DNA from: Candidatus Saccharicenans sp.
GTDB taxonomy: Bacteria; Acidobacteriota; Aminicenantia; Aminicenantales; Saccharicenantaceae
Assembly (NCBI GenBank): GCA_029907135.1
Contig: JARYMJ010000001.1
Location: 24,288-88,287, forward strand
DNA: 64,000 nucleotides
Direction of reading: 5' to 3'
Shown here: in pieces, positions 9,110-18,261 of the stretch
Layout of the letters: each line of letters starts with the position of its first letter
Position numbering within the stretch: position 1 is the first letter of the stretch
Notes under the pieces: generated by a model
What the model was told of the DNA's origin: nothing
Databases searched by the model: none
What the model saw: the letters and a program-made list of their open reading frames with translations, nothing else
Made by a program: the position numbers and the translations under genes

Positions 9110-10624
9110 TCAGAACCTGTCCAGGATCCGATACTGGATGGCTTCGGCCACGGCCGCGGCTGAAATCTTCTCCTCCTGCTCCAGGTCAGCTATGGTTCTG
9201 GCCACCTTCAAGATGCGGTCGTAGGCCCGGGCGCTGAAGCGGAAGCGCTTCATGGCCGTTTCCATCAACCTGGAGACTTCCAGGTCGAGGCTGCAGTACT
9301 GCCGGAGGTCGCGGGAAGTCATCCGGGCGTTGGCGAAAATTTTCCGGCCCTGGAATCTTTCCAGCTGTCTTTTCCTGGCAGCCGACACCCGCTGCCTGAT
9401 GTCGGCCGAAGCTTCCCCGGCCGGTTTGCCCACGATGTCCTGGTATTTGACCGAGGGCACCTCAATCTGGATATCAATCCGGTCGAGCAGCGGCCGGCTC
9501 AGCCGGGAATAGTATTTCCTTCTTTCCACCTCGGTGCAATTAATCTCCGGCCCGGAACCGAGAAAAACATCGGCGCAGGGATTCATGGCCGCCACCAGCA
9601 TGAAGGCGCAGGGATAAGACAGGCTCCCCGCCACCCGGGAAATGGTCACCTGCCCATCCTCCAGCGGTTGCCGCAGGCTTTCCAGGGCCTGGCGGCTGAA
9701 TTCCGGGAACTCGTCCATGAACAGCACCCCGCGGTGGGCCAGGCTGACTTCTCCCGGCCGGGGAAAATTGCCGCCACCGATGAGCCCGGTGTCGGTGATG
9801 GTATGGTGCGGCGCCCTGAAAGGTCGCTGGCTCACCGCCGCCCTGTCCCCCAGCAAACCGGCGGCGCTGTAAACCTGGGTAACCTCGATGATTTCAGCGA
9901 AGGTCATCTCTGGCAGAATGGTCGGCAGTCTCCTGGCCAGCATAGTCTTGCCCGAACCCGGCGGCCCGATCATCAGCAGGTTGTGTCCGCCAGCCGCGGC
10001 CACTTCCAGCGCCCGCTTAGCCTGTTGCTGGCCACGGACCTCGGAAAAATCCAGCTCGGTCGGAGCTTCATCGAGCAGTTCCTCCAGACTGTAGGAACAT
10101 GGTCTCAGCTCCTGGTCAGCCCGGAGAAGTTTAATGACTTCAAGCAGGTGATGGACGGCATAGACCGCCGTTTCTCTTACCAGGCAGGCCTCGCGGGCGT
10201 TGCGTCCTGGAAGGACCAGGCCGGAGAGCTTTTTCCGGCTAGCCAGGAGTGAAATGGGCAGGGCTCCCCTGATGGCTTTGAGACTTCCTTCGAGGGTGAG
10301 TTCGCCGACGAAAATGAACCTGGACAACCTGTCTGCCGGCACCAGACCCAGGTAAGCCAGCAAACCTAGGGCAATCGGCAGGTCAAAGGCCGACCCCTCT
10401 TTTTTCCGGCTGGCCGGGGCCAGGTTGATGATAATTTTTTTGGCCGGGAAGTCGAAGCCGCAGTTGCGCAGTGCCGCCCTGACTCTCTCCTTGCTTTCCC
10501 GGACAGCGGCATCGGGCAAGCCAACGATGATAAAGGCCGGGAGGCCGGGAGAAATATCAACCTCAACCTCAACCTGGTAGGCTTCAATTCCATGGAGCGA
10601 GGCGCTGAGGATCCTGATAAGCAT
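9110..10624 (-). CDS. comM: YifB/ComM family Mg-chelatase-like AAA+ ATPase
   Basis: 504 aa. It starts 'SASLHGIEAYQVEVEVDIS.GLPAFIIVGLPDAAVRESKERV'. It has Walker A 'GPPGSGKTM' and 'GVLFMDEFPEF'. Confidence 0.9.
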   Translation of the reverse strand: MLIRILSASLHGIEAYQVEVEVDISPGLPAFIIVGLPDAAVRESKERVRAALRNCGFDFPAKKIIINLAPASRKKEGSAFDLPIALGLLAYLGLVPADRLSRFIFVGELTLEGSLKAIRGALPISLLASRKKLSGLVLPGRNAREACLVRETAVYAVHHLLEVIKLLRADQELRPCSYSLEELLDEAPTELDFSEVRGQQQAKRALEVAAAGGHNLLMIGPPGSGKTMLARRLPTILPEMTFAEIIEVTQVYSAAGLLGDRAAVSQRPFRAPHHTITDTGLIGGGNFPRPGEVSLAHRGVLFMDEFPEFSRQALESLRQPLEDGQVTISRVAGSLSYPCAFMLVAAMNPCADVFLGSGPEINCTEVERRKYYSRLSRPLLDRIDIQIEVPSVKYQDIVGKPAGEASADIRQRVSAARKRQLERFQGRKIFANARMTSRDLRQYCSLDLEVSRLMETAMKRFRFSARAYDRILKVARTIADLEQEEKISAAAVAEAIQYRILDRF

Positions 10625-10668
10625 GGCCGCAGAAGAAAAGACGTCAGGCCGGCGGGAAAATTCTCAGG

Positions 10669-11535
10669 CTATTCTTTCTTGGCTGTCAGGCCGAATTCCT
10701 TGGAGAGTCGTTCAATTTCTTGTTCAATATCCTCAATCGATTGAACCTTTATCTTGGTGGTGGGAAAGGGAGTCTCATCCCCGGGCCGGACAAAGTCAAT
10801 TTTGACCTCGGGCTGTTTGCGGGCAGCCTTTTTCCGACCGGACGAAGGGGCCGCAGCCTCAATCTGGGCCGGGGAGGTTATGATTTCCGCCGGGGCAAAT
10901 TCCTGGCCCTCGGTGACCGGAGCCTCTTCCTTTTTTTCTTTTTCACCGAGCACTCTCTCCCGGACGACCGGCACCGTCAGCCGGGCAATCTCCTTGAGAG
11001 TCTCCAGCACGCCCCGGCCGTTGATGGCCTCGGCCTCAATGTAGGGAGCGTTGCGATGGTTGAGCAGGCGATTAAAGGTCTCGACCGGAATCAGGTTGGG
11101 CAGGTCCCTTTTATTATACTGGAAAACCAGGGGAATGCGGTTAAGGTCGATATTGTGTTCCAAGCAGTTTTTCCTCAGACCGTCAAAACTTTCCAGGTTG
11201 GCATCGAGGAGGGGCAATTGGGAATCGGTCACAAAAACGATGCCGTCGGCACCCTTCAGGACGCTCTTGCGGGAGGCCTCGTAGAAGACCTGGCCGGGAA
11301 CGGTCAGTAATTGAAAATGAACCTTGAACTCCCTGATGAGTCCGGCCCTGATCGGCAGCAGGTCAAAGAAAAACGTTCTTTCTGTTTCCGTCTCCAGGCA
11401 GACCAATTCGCCCCGGTAGGCTGGCTCCAGCTTGAAATATATGTACCTCAGGTTGGTGGTTTTACCGCTCAGTCCCGGCCCATAATAGACAATCTTTATG
11501 GCAATATTCTTGGTGACGTAATTGACATAAGCCAT
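10669..11535 (-). CDS. MglA-like Ras-superfamily small GTPase with ~95-aa C-terminal extension
   Basis: The N-terminal ~195 aa are collinear with MglA as I remember it: 'KIVYYGPGLSGKTTNL', 'TETERTFFFDLLP', 'TVPGQVFY', 'QYNKRDLP'. Residues ~196-288 are an extra tail, low-complexity at first and then helical. Confidence 0.8.
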   Translation of the reverse strand: MAYVNYVTKNIAIKIVYYGPGLSGKTTNLRYIYFKLEPAYRGELVCLETETERTFFFDLLPIRAGLIREFKVHFQLLTVPGQVFYEASRKSVLKGADGIVFVTDSQLPLLDANLESFDGLRKNCLEHNIDLNRIPLVFQYNKRDLPNLIPVETFNRLLNHRNAPYIEAEAINGRGVLETLKEIARLTVPVVRERVLGEKEKKEEAPVTEGQEFAPAEIITSPAQIEAAAPSSGRKKAARKQPEVKIDFVRPGDETPFPTTKIKVQSIEDIEQEIERLSKEFGLTAKKE

Positions 11536-11707
11536 CTACTTAGGTCTCCCCATTAGGGTTATTGTTAGCATACCACATAAATTTAGTCAATAAGCAGGCC
11601 CGACAGTTGAAAAACCTAACAGGAAATTGCAAAGACTACCGGGGTGTGATATTTTTTGAAAGGCCCGAAGGGGCTGCTCTCTACTCCATTTCCTTGAGGA
11701 GAAAAAG

Positions 11708-12178
11708 TTGGCTGACAGGACTTTTCGCCACCGGCCAAGGGTGGCCGTAATAGGAGGTAACAAATCGGACCTGGAATCCTTAAAACTGGCTTACCGCGTC
11801 GGCCGGCTACTGGCCGAAAGAGGAGCTATCCTGGTTTGCGGCGGCCTCAGCGGAGTAATGGAAGAGGCGGCCCGGGGTTGCCGGGACGGAGGCGGCTTGA
11901 GCCTGGGTATTCTCCCGGGCCAGGACCCGGGCCAAGCCAATGACTACATAGATATTCCAGTGGCCACGGGCCTCGGCTACAACCGGAACTCCATGGTAGT
12001 GTTGAATGCCGCAGCCGTGATCGCCATAGACGGAGAGTACGGCACCCTGAGCGAGATTGCCTTCGCCCGGATTTTCGGCAAGAAGATTATTGGCTTGAAT
12101 ACCTGGTCAATTCCCGGCGTCATCCCGGCCGGTTCTCCGGAAGAAGCGGTGGCCCTGGCGCTGGAAGGACTGGAATGA
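11708..12178 (+). CDS. TIGR00725/LOG-like (SLOG fold) Rossmann protein
   Basis: It shows 'VAVIGGN...LAYRVGRLLAERGAILVCGGLSGVMEEAARG...GILPG' and 'AIDGEYGTLSEIAFA'. The track start is a TTG, so the exact start is uncertain. Its stop overlaps the truA ATG (ATGA). Confidence 0.7.
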   Translation: MADRTFRHRPRVAVIGGNKSDLESLKLAYRVGRLLAERGAILVCGGLSGVMEEAARGCRDGGGLSLGILPGQDPGQANDYIDIPVATGLGYNRNSMVVLNAAAVIAIDGEYGTLSEIAFARIFGKKIIGLNTWSIPGVIPAGSPEEAVALALEGLE

Positions 12179-13014
12179 TGACGGCCATGAAGGTGGATGA
12201 AATCAATAATAATTTGAATGACAACGAGGAAGAATCTGAATCATCCTCGGAAAACGGCAGCCAGCCTTTACTCGACCTGCCCCTCCTGGAAAATATCAAG
12301 CTGACCATTTCTTACGACGGAACCGATTACCACGGCTGGCAGCGGCAACCGGGCCGGGTAACCATCCAGGGGAAGCTGGAAGAAGCCCTGATGAGAATTG
12401 TGGGTGAAAAAATCAGCCTGCAGGCGGCCGGCCGGACCGACGCCGGGGTTCACGCCCTGGGTCAGGTGGCTAACTTTCGGGCTAACTGCCGCCTGAGTGA
12501 GGCCGAATTGCTGAGAGCCTTGAATGCCATGCTCCCCTTTGACATCCGCATCTTGCGGGTGGAAAGGGTCCCGGCAAATTTTCAGGCCAGGAAATCGGCC
12601 CGGTCCAAGGTTTACCGCTACCGGATTAAGACCTCGCCCATCCTCAGTCCCTTTGATTATCGTTATGTTTTACACTATCCCTATCCGCTCGACGTCACAG
12701 CCATGGAGGAAGCGGCCCGTCGCTTCGAACGAGAGGCCGATTTTTCCACTTTTTCCTCGGGCCAGTATCCCAACCCGGTCCGAAAAATCTTCTCTTCACG
12801 GTTGGAGAACCTGGGAGAGGAGCTGGTTTATACCGTCGAGGCCAACGGTTTTCTGCGGTACATGGTCAGGACGATTGTTGGAACCTTGATCATGGTCGGG
12901 CGCGGTCGGCTAAAGCCCGAGGAGATTGACGAACTGTTCCAGCAGAAGAAAAGGACACTCTCCAGCCCCTGCGCCCCGGCCCGGGGTTTGTGCCTGGTCC
13001 GGGTTATCTATTAA
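12175..13014 (+). CDS. truA: tRNA pseudouridine(38-40) synthase TruA, with an acidic ~40-aa N-terminal extension if the ATG at 12175 is used
   Basis: It carries 'LTISYDGTDYHGWQRQPG', 'AGRTDAGVHALGQVANF' and 'FLRYMVRTIVG'. Confidence 0.9.
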   Translation: MMTAMKVDEINNNLNDNEEESESSSENGSQPLLDLPLLENIKLTISYDGTDYHGWQRQPGRVTIQGKLEEALMRIVGEKISLQAAGRTDAGVHALGQVANFRANCRLSEAELLRALNAMLPFDIRILRVERVPANFQARKSARSKVYRYRIKTSPILSPFDYRYVLHYPYPLDVTAMEEAARRFEREADFSTFSSGQYPNPVRKIFSSRLENLGEELVYTVEANGFLRYMVRTIVGTLIMVGRGRLKPEEIDELFQQKKRTLSSPCAPARGLCLVRVIY

Positions 13015-13018
13015 CAGC

Positions 13019-13450
13019 TCAGCTCAGAATCAGGCCCATGACATAGGCATCTTCCACCGGGCGGCTGTAATATTCCTTTCGCACTCCCAGGATGGAAAAG
13101 CCCAGTTTCCAGTAGAGAGATAACGCCCGGTGGTTGCTGACCCGGACTTCCAGCGAGACAAACCGAACCCCGTTTTCTCTAAGCCGGTCCAGCACGTAAC
13201 GCATGGTCAGCTCACCCAGGCCCTGGCCCTGGAAATCGGGGTGGATGGCCACGTTATTAATCTGGGCTTCATCCCCGATCTGCCAGAAAATCACATATCC
13301 GGCAATCTTTTTCTTTTCCCGATGAACCACCGCCAGGGGAAAAGAAATGGCCCGGTTCTGGATTTCGCCCAGAAAGGTTTCCCGGCTCCAGGGGTTGGGA
13401 AAGCATAAATTCTCAATGGCCAGGACTTCTGGCAGGTCATCCTCTCTCAT
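13019..13450 (-). CDS. rimI: Ribosomal-protein-alanine N-acetyltransferase (GNAT)
   Basis: 143 aa. It has 'FPNPWS', 'NNVAIHPDFQGQGLGELTM' and 'LEVRVSN..A..LY.KLGF'. It is adjacent to tsaB, the usual pairing. Confidence 0.85.
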   Translation of the reverse strand: MREDDLPEVLAIENLCFPNPWSRETFLGEIQNRAISFPLAVVHREKKKIAGYVIFWQIGDEAQINNVAIHPDFQGQGLGELTMRYVLDRLRENGVRFVSLEVRVSNHRALSLYWKLGFSILGVRKEYYSRPVEDAYVMGLILS

Positions 13451-13472
13451 TCTCCTGATCAGAACAGGAGAG

Positions 13473-14168
13473 TCATTCTGTCCGGACAGTTTTTTTCTCC
13501 TCGGCCTGGGATTTTCGGTAGTAAATCGGCTGCAGGTCAGCCGGGCTGAGCCCCTGGCCGCCGGCCAGAAGCCTCTGTCCTAGCAGCCCGACTTCGGCCG
13601 CGATATGAAAACTGCGGTTCCAGAACAGGGCCCTTGTTCCGATTTTTTCGTCTATCAAAGACCGGTAAAGCTCGGCCCCGGTGCCGATAAAGGAGAGCGG
13701 CCCGGAAGCAGGCAACTGGACAAGGAAGCTGGATGGATTATAGGCGCCCGCCGGTATTACTTCCTGCAGCCCGACCCCACCCGCTGAATAGGCCCCAGCA
13801 AAGACTTCTCCCTTCCGGGCATCGATCATCGGGACAATAAGCCCGGCACCAGGCAGAATCAGCTTCCAGGCCAGAGCTTCCAGGGCGGAGACGGAGGCCA
13901 CCGGTCGGCCTGAAGCCAGGGCCAGGGCCTTGACCAAACTCAGGCCAATCCTGACCCCGGTAAAAGAACCGGGCCCGGCGGCCACGGCCAGGCCCTCAAG
14001 CTGGTCAAACTTCAGGCCGGCGAGCCGGATGAGGTCATCCACTGCCCGGAACACCTGGCGAGAATGAGAGGAAGGCGAAGCATAATTAACTTCGGCCCTG
14101 ACCTCTTCCCCGTTGACCAGGGCCACCGAGCCGAAGCGGGTAGTGGTATCAACGGCCAGTATCAGCAT
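13473..14168 (-). CDS. tsaB: tRNA threonylcarbamoyladenosine (t6A) biosynthesis protein TsaB
   Basis: It starts 'MLILAVDTTTRFGSVAL' and has 'GPGSFTGVRIGLSLVKALA'. Length is 231 aa. Confidence 0.9.
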   Translation of the reverse strand: MLILAVDTTTRFGSVALVNGEEVRAEVNYASPSSHSRQVFRAVDDLIRLAGLKFDQLEGLAVAAGPGSFTGVRIGLSLVKALALASGRPVASVSALEALAWKLILPGAGLIVPMIDARKGEVFAGAYSAGGVGLQEVIPAGAYNPSSFLVQLPASGPLSFIGTGAELYRSLIDEKIGTRALFWNRSFHIAAEVGLLGQRLLAGGQGLSPADLQPIYYRKSQAEEKKTVRTE

Positions 14169-14206
14169 TCCAGTCTAATCTTACCAATTTCTGGTCAGGC
14201 CTGCCA

Positions 14207-15322
14207 TCAGAGCTTGTCAGCCACGGCTCTGGCCACCTCCAGGGTTTTGGCTGAACCACCCAGGTCATAGGTCTTGACCTTTCCTTCTTTTATCACTTCG
14301 GCCACGGCCTGTTCCAGGGCATTGGCCTTGCCGGTTTCGCCCAGCCAGTCCAGCATCATCTTGGCCGCCAGCAGGGTGGCGATGGGATTGACCTTGTACA
14401 GGCCGGTGTACTTGGGGGCCGAACCATGAGTGGGTTCAAAGACCGCATACTTATCGCCGATATTCCCGGCGCAAGCAAAGCCCAGTCCGCCGACCAGCTG
14501 GGCGGCCAGGTCAGAAATGATATCGCCGAAAAGATTCTCGGCCACCAGGATATCATAATCGAAAGGATTCTTGATCAGCCACATGCACATGGCATCGACA
14601 TTGGCTTCGTAAAACTTGATATCCGGGTATTCAGCCGCCACCTGGCGAGCCACCTTCAGCATCAGGCCCCCGGTTTCCCGCAGGACATTAGGTTTCTCCA
14701 CCAGAGTGACTGATTTCCTTTTATATTTGCGGGCGTATTCGAAGGCCGCCCGGACTATTCTTTCGCAACCTTTCCTGGTCATGATCCTGGTGGAAACGGC
14801 AATTTCCTCAGCCGGCACATCCTGGAAATCCTTCATTTTGGGGTGGAGAGACAAAGCCTGCCGGACTTGGTCGGGCAGCGGGTAAAATTCCACTCCGGCA
14901 TAGCTGCCTTCGGTATTCTCCCTGAAAATCACCAGGTCGATATTCTCTTTGTAATTGAGCGGGTTACCCGGATAGGCCTTGCAGGGCCGGAGGTTGATAT
15001 AAAGGTCAAACAGCTGCCTGAGCCTGACAATCGGGCTGACGTAGGATAGTCCCTTGCCCTGGAGTTCAGGCGCCAGCTCCCGGGCGGCATCCTCTTTCGG
15101 TTTGGAAGTGATGGCCCCGAACAGGCAGGCATCGGTTTCTTTGAGGAGCTTGATCGTCCGGTCGGGCAGGGCGTTTCCTTCCTTGCACCAGAATTCCCAG
15201 CCGATATCTCCATAAATGAAGTCAGCATCGAGGTTCAACCGGTTGAGGACAATCATGGCCGCCTCAACCACTTCCTTGCCGATCCCGTCACCGGGTAGAA
15301 TTGCCAGCCGATACTTGGCCAT
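14207..15322 (-). CDS. Isocitrate/isopropylmalate dehydrogenase family protein
   Basis: 371 aa. It has 'LAILPGDGIGKEV', 'FRENTEGSYAG', 'NLFGDIISDLAAQLVGGLG' and 'FEPTHGSAPK'. I cannot resolve the substrate (isocitrate, isopropylmalate or homoisocitrate). Confidence 0.85.
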   Translation of the reverse strand: MAKYRLAILPGDGIGKEVVEAAMIVLNRLNLDADFIYGDIGWEFWCKEGNALPDRTIKLLKETDACLFGAITSKPKEDAARELAPELQGKGLSYVSPIVRLRQLFDLYINLRPCKAYPGNPLNYKENIDLVIFRENTEGSYAGVEFYPLPDQVRQALSLHPKMKDFQDVPAEEIAVSTRIMTRKGCERIVRAAFEYARKYKRKSVTLVEKPNVLRETGGLMLKVARQVAAEYPDIKFYEANVDAMCMWLIKNPFDYDILVAENLFGDIISDLAAQLVGGLGFACAGNIGDKYAVFEPTHGSAPKYTGLYKVNPIATLLAAKMMLDWLGETGKANALEQAVAEVIKEGKVKTYDLGGSAKTLEVARAVADKL

Positions 15323-15532
15323 ATTATTTCTCCTTGTGGAATTTTTTTGCTTTCAGGAAGTGCTATTATGCCCGAAACTGGTTGGGGCTGTCAATCAAAA
15401 TGTTCTTTCAGGTTAAGACATGGTATCCAGGATAAAGGGAGTGTTTGGAGGAGGCGCGGCGGGAGCCCCTCTGTTGGAACCACACCTGGAGAAGCCAGGC
15501 TTAAAAAGGATTTTTCCTGGGGCCACCCAGAT

Positions 15533-15560
15533 AAAAAAAAGGGCCTCACCGGGAGGCCCT
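15533..15560 (-). terminator. Rho-independent terminator closing the ECF operon
   Basis: The minus strand reads AAGGGCCTC-CCGGT-GAGGCCCTT followed by a T-run: a 9-bp GC-rich stem, a 5-nt loop and about 8 T. It lies 25 nt downstream of the stop at 15586. Confidence 0.75.
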
Positions 15561-15585
15561 TAGCAACAGCTCGGTCACCGGGCGG

Positions 15586-15969
15586 CTATTCCAGCCAGAC
15601 CTTCACCGTTTCCTCTTCTTCGTTAACCTCGATGATGGCCAGCGGACCAGCTTTTTTGAGTTCCGCCAGCAGCTGCTCCAGGTTCAGGCTGCAGCCGCTG
15701 CCCATCTTGACTTCCTTGTTTTCAGCACAGCGAGCAAAAATTTCCACCAGGGCGATGGGCATAGTAATCTTAACCTTTTCTTTACCAGTCCTGGTGTCGG
15801 TCACCAGCACCTTGAACCACTTAACTTCTTTGACCGGTTCGACTTTCGGGCTGTCCTGGACGGCTTTCTTTATGACCTGATAATCATCCCTGTCTCCGGC
15901 CCCGAATAGGACAGCGGTCAAAAACAGGGTGGCCAGGACCAGCGTGGTGATCAGAATTACTTTTTTCAT
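15586..15969 (-). CDS. Small exported protein carrying the shared 'W-[LI]-E-COOH' C-terminal module
   Basis: 127 aa with signal peptide MKKVILITTLVLATLFLTAVLFGA. Residues ~49-127 align with the C-termini of 15996..16859 and 18262..18666. AGGAGA precedes the ATG. Confidence 0.6.
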   Translation of the reverse strand: MKKVILITTLVLATLFLTAVLFGAGDRDDYQVIKKAVQDSPKVEPVKEVKWFKVLVTDTRTGKEKVKITMPIALVEIFARCAENKEVKMGSGCSLNLEQLLAELKKAGPLAIIEVNEEEETVKVWLE

Positions 15970-15995
15970 GTTCTTTCTCCTTTTGTTTTCACAGT

Positions 15996-16859
15996 TTATT
16001 CAATCCAGATTTCGATGATGTTGCCATCTTCTTCAATCCGGACAAGTTTTTCCTTGGCTTTAGCCAGGTCGGAAATAATCCGATTGAGGTCGTAGCCTTT
16101 TTCTTTCATCCTGGCTTTTTCTTCCTCCGGAATGGCTTGAATGGCCAGGTCGGCCAGGGCCAGAGGGAGATTTATGGAAATGGAAGGGGTTTTCTTGCCC
16201 CTTTCGTAGACCCTGAGCCTTAAGAGCTTCAAGCCGCTCCGGTCTGACTTGTCGGGGACATCTTTCAAGGCTTGGGGAGAAATTCGGAGGACGGCAATTC
16301 TAGCCCGGTCCACCAGTTCCTGGTCTCGCTCGGTCTCCAGCAGTTTCAGCAGAACCGGCAGGGCTTTGGCAGCCAGGCTCTTATCCTGGAGGTAGCTCAT
16401 CTTCAGGGCTGCATAATAGCGGATGACTTTGGAAGGACTGGCCAGTTTCTCCTGAAGAACCCGGCCGAAATCCTTCTGGCCCCGGTTATAGAGCTTGAAG
16501 GCCAGGTCGACAATGGCAATCTCGGCTTCTTCCACCAGTCCCTGAACCCGGTCCGGCCGCTGCAAAAAGGCTTCCAGGGATTTCAGGGCTTCTTTTTCTT
16601 TGCCATCCTGCTCGGCCTGGCACTTGCCGAGATAAAAGAGCGCCTGGGAATAATAGTTGCTGCCGGGATAATCCCTGATAAAGGTGGCCAGCTTCTTTTC
16701 GGCCTCCGACCAATTCTTGTCGAAAATCAGCACCTTGGCTTCCTGCAGGAGTTTTTCATCCGGTCGGTCCGTGGTTTGGGCAGACAGGGACAGCCAGGAA
16801 CCGACAGCCATAATGATTAAAAACAGAATGATTGCTCTCTTCTTCACTTCAGACCTCAC
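15996..16859 (-). CDS. Exported TPR/HEAT-repeat protein with the shared 'W-[LI]-E-COOH' C-terminal module
   Basis: It has a signal peptide. A YbgF/BamD-like TPR segment follows ('NWSEAEKKLATFIRDYPGSNYYSQALFYLGKCQ'). HEAT-like repeats come next ('VIRYYAALKMS...ALPVLLKLLETERDQELVDRARIAVLRI'). The last ~80 aa are paralogous to the two small neighbours. The start overlaps the anti-sigma stop. Confidence 0.65.
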   Translation of the reverse strand: MRSEVKKRAIILFLIIMAVGSWLSLSAQTTDRPDEKLLQEAKVLIFDKNWSEAEKKLATFIRDYPGSNYYSQALFYLGKCQAEQDGKEKEALKSLEAFLQRPDRVQGLVEEAEIAIVDLAFKLYNRGQKDFGRVLQEKLASPSKVIRYYAALKMSYLQDKSLAAKALPVLLKLLETERDQELVDRARIAVLRISPQALKDVPDKSDRSGLKLLRLRVYERGKKTPSISINLPLALADLAIQAIPEEEKARMKEKGYDLNRIISDLAKAKEKLVRIEEDGNIIEIWIE

Positions 16860-17640
16860 TTTGCTGGAGTTCCTTTTTGACCAGGTTGATCTTGAGCAGG
16901 AGTTGCTTGTCCTCGATCATCTGCCGCACCCGCTCCAGCTCGGCCGCCGATAATTCCGGGCTGAGTTGGCTGAGTTCCAGGAAGAGCAGTTCTATCTGGT
17001 CGCAGATGGCCCGGGCTTTCATCAGGCGCAGGTCATCCAGCTGGTTGTTCAGGTATTTTTTTTCGGTCAGCAGCTGCCGGATTCTTTCTTGCTGGAGGAG
17101 GCCGGACGCCGGAGCCGACCCGGTTTGCAGAATATCCAGCAGCAGATACTGACTCCTCTCAAGATAATCTATGGTCTCTTTTCTGGCCAGGGCCAGGTCC
17201 ACCCGCTCGACCAGGTCAGCCGGCATAGAAATTCCGGTTTCCTGATGGGCGGTCAGTCGGCCCGGCTCCTTCGGCTTAAAGACCAGGAAAGTCAGAGCCC
17301 CGCCCAGAAGCAAACCCAGAAACAGGCCGGCGGCCAGTGGCTGCCACTTCCAGACTCGCCAGTCGGCGCTGGCGGTTGCGGCCGCCGGGCGTTCTTCCTT
17401 TTCCGGAAGGCGACTGGCTATAACGGCCGGCAGGGTCTCCCAGTCAATAGTAGCCATGACCTGCTTCAATTCTTTTTTGAAATCATCAGCCATGGCCAGC
17501 AATCGCTGTTGCTGTTCCACCTCTTCCTGACAGGCGGGACAATCCTGGAGATGCCGGGACATGACCTCCATCCTTTCCGGATTCAGCTGGCGGCTGATGA
17601 AAGCTGGCCAATCTTTTTTATATTGCCTGCACTTTTTCAT
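16849..17640 (-). CDS. Anti-sigma factor (zf-HC2 type), single-pass membrane protein
   Basis: The N-terminal 'HLQDCPACQEEV' is the H-x3-C-x2-C motif. There is one TM segment (LAAGLFLGLLLGGALTFLVF). The extracytoplasmic part is helical. It overlaps the sigma gene stop by 4 nt. Confidence 0.8.
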   Translation of the reverse strand: MKKCRQYKKDWPAFISRQLNPERMEVMSRHLQDCPACQEEVEQQQRLLAMADDFKKELKQVMATIDWETLPAVIASRLPEKEERPAAATASADWRVWKWQPLAAGLFLGLLLGGALTFLVFKPKEPGRLTAHQETGISMPADLVERVDLALARKETIDYLERSQYLLLDILQTGSAPASGLLQQERIRQLLTEKKYLNNQLDDLRLMKARAICDQIELLFLELSQLSPELSAAELERVRQMIEDKQLLLKINLVKKELQQSEV

Positions 17641-18215
17641 CTGCCACCTCCCAGCTGAGGCGCCAGAATCTTTCGCAGATTCTGGATAGCCTTGAAGTGG
17701 AGAGACTTAACCGTGCCTTGGGCGATTCCCAGACGCCTGGCGATTTCTCCGTATTTCAGGTCATCAAAATGATGCAGGATGAAAACCAGGCGCTGTTTTT
17801 CCGGCAGAGCCCCAACCGCTTTCTGAATCATTTCTCCTGACTGAAAACAGGATGGGTCGGCTTCGGCTGAAGCCAGGTCGGCCCGGTCGAGGTCCAAATT
17901 GTCCAGACTTTCTTTCTTCCTGCTTTTCATCCGCCTCAAAAAATCCAGGCTCAGGTTACGGGCTATTTTCATCAACCAGGCCTGGAAGTTCTCGCCGGCC
18001 CGGTAGCTGTGAATTTTCTCGTAAAGTCGCAAGAAGACCTCCTGCACCAGGTCCAGGGCATCTTCCCGGTTCCTGACCAGGGAATAGGCCAGGACAAAAA
18101 CTTTTTGTTGATAACAGGCTACCAGTTTCATGAAAGCTTCCCTGTCTCCTTGCTTAACCCGTTCGACCAGGAATTCCACCGGGGCTTCATCAGTCCGGCC
18201 ATTTTTCTGTTCCAT
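17637..18215 (-). CDS. ECF-type RNA polymerase sigma-70 factor
   Basis: 192 aa. Region 2 is 'ALDLVQEVFLRLYEK...F..WL..IARN'. Region 4 is 'LPEKQRLVFILHHFDDLKYGEIARRLGIAQGTVKSLHFKAIQNLR'. Confidence 0.9.
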   Translation of the reverse strand: MEQKNGRTDEAPVEFLVERVKQGDREAFMKLVACYQQKVFVLAYSLVRNREDALDLVQEVFLRLYEKIHSYRAGENFQAWLMKIARNLSLDFLRRMKSRKKESLDNLDLDRADLASAEADPSCFQSGEMIQKAVGALPEKQRLVFILHHFDDLKYGEIARRLGIAQGTVKSLHFKAIQNLRKILAPQLGGGR

Positions 18216-18261
18216 CCTGTAACTCTATCCCCGAGTTCGAACCTTTTTCCATAGTATACCT

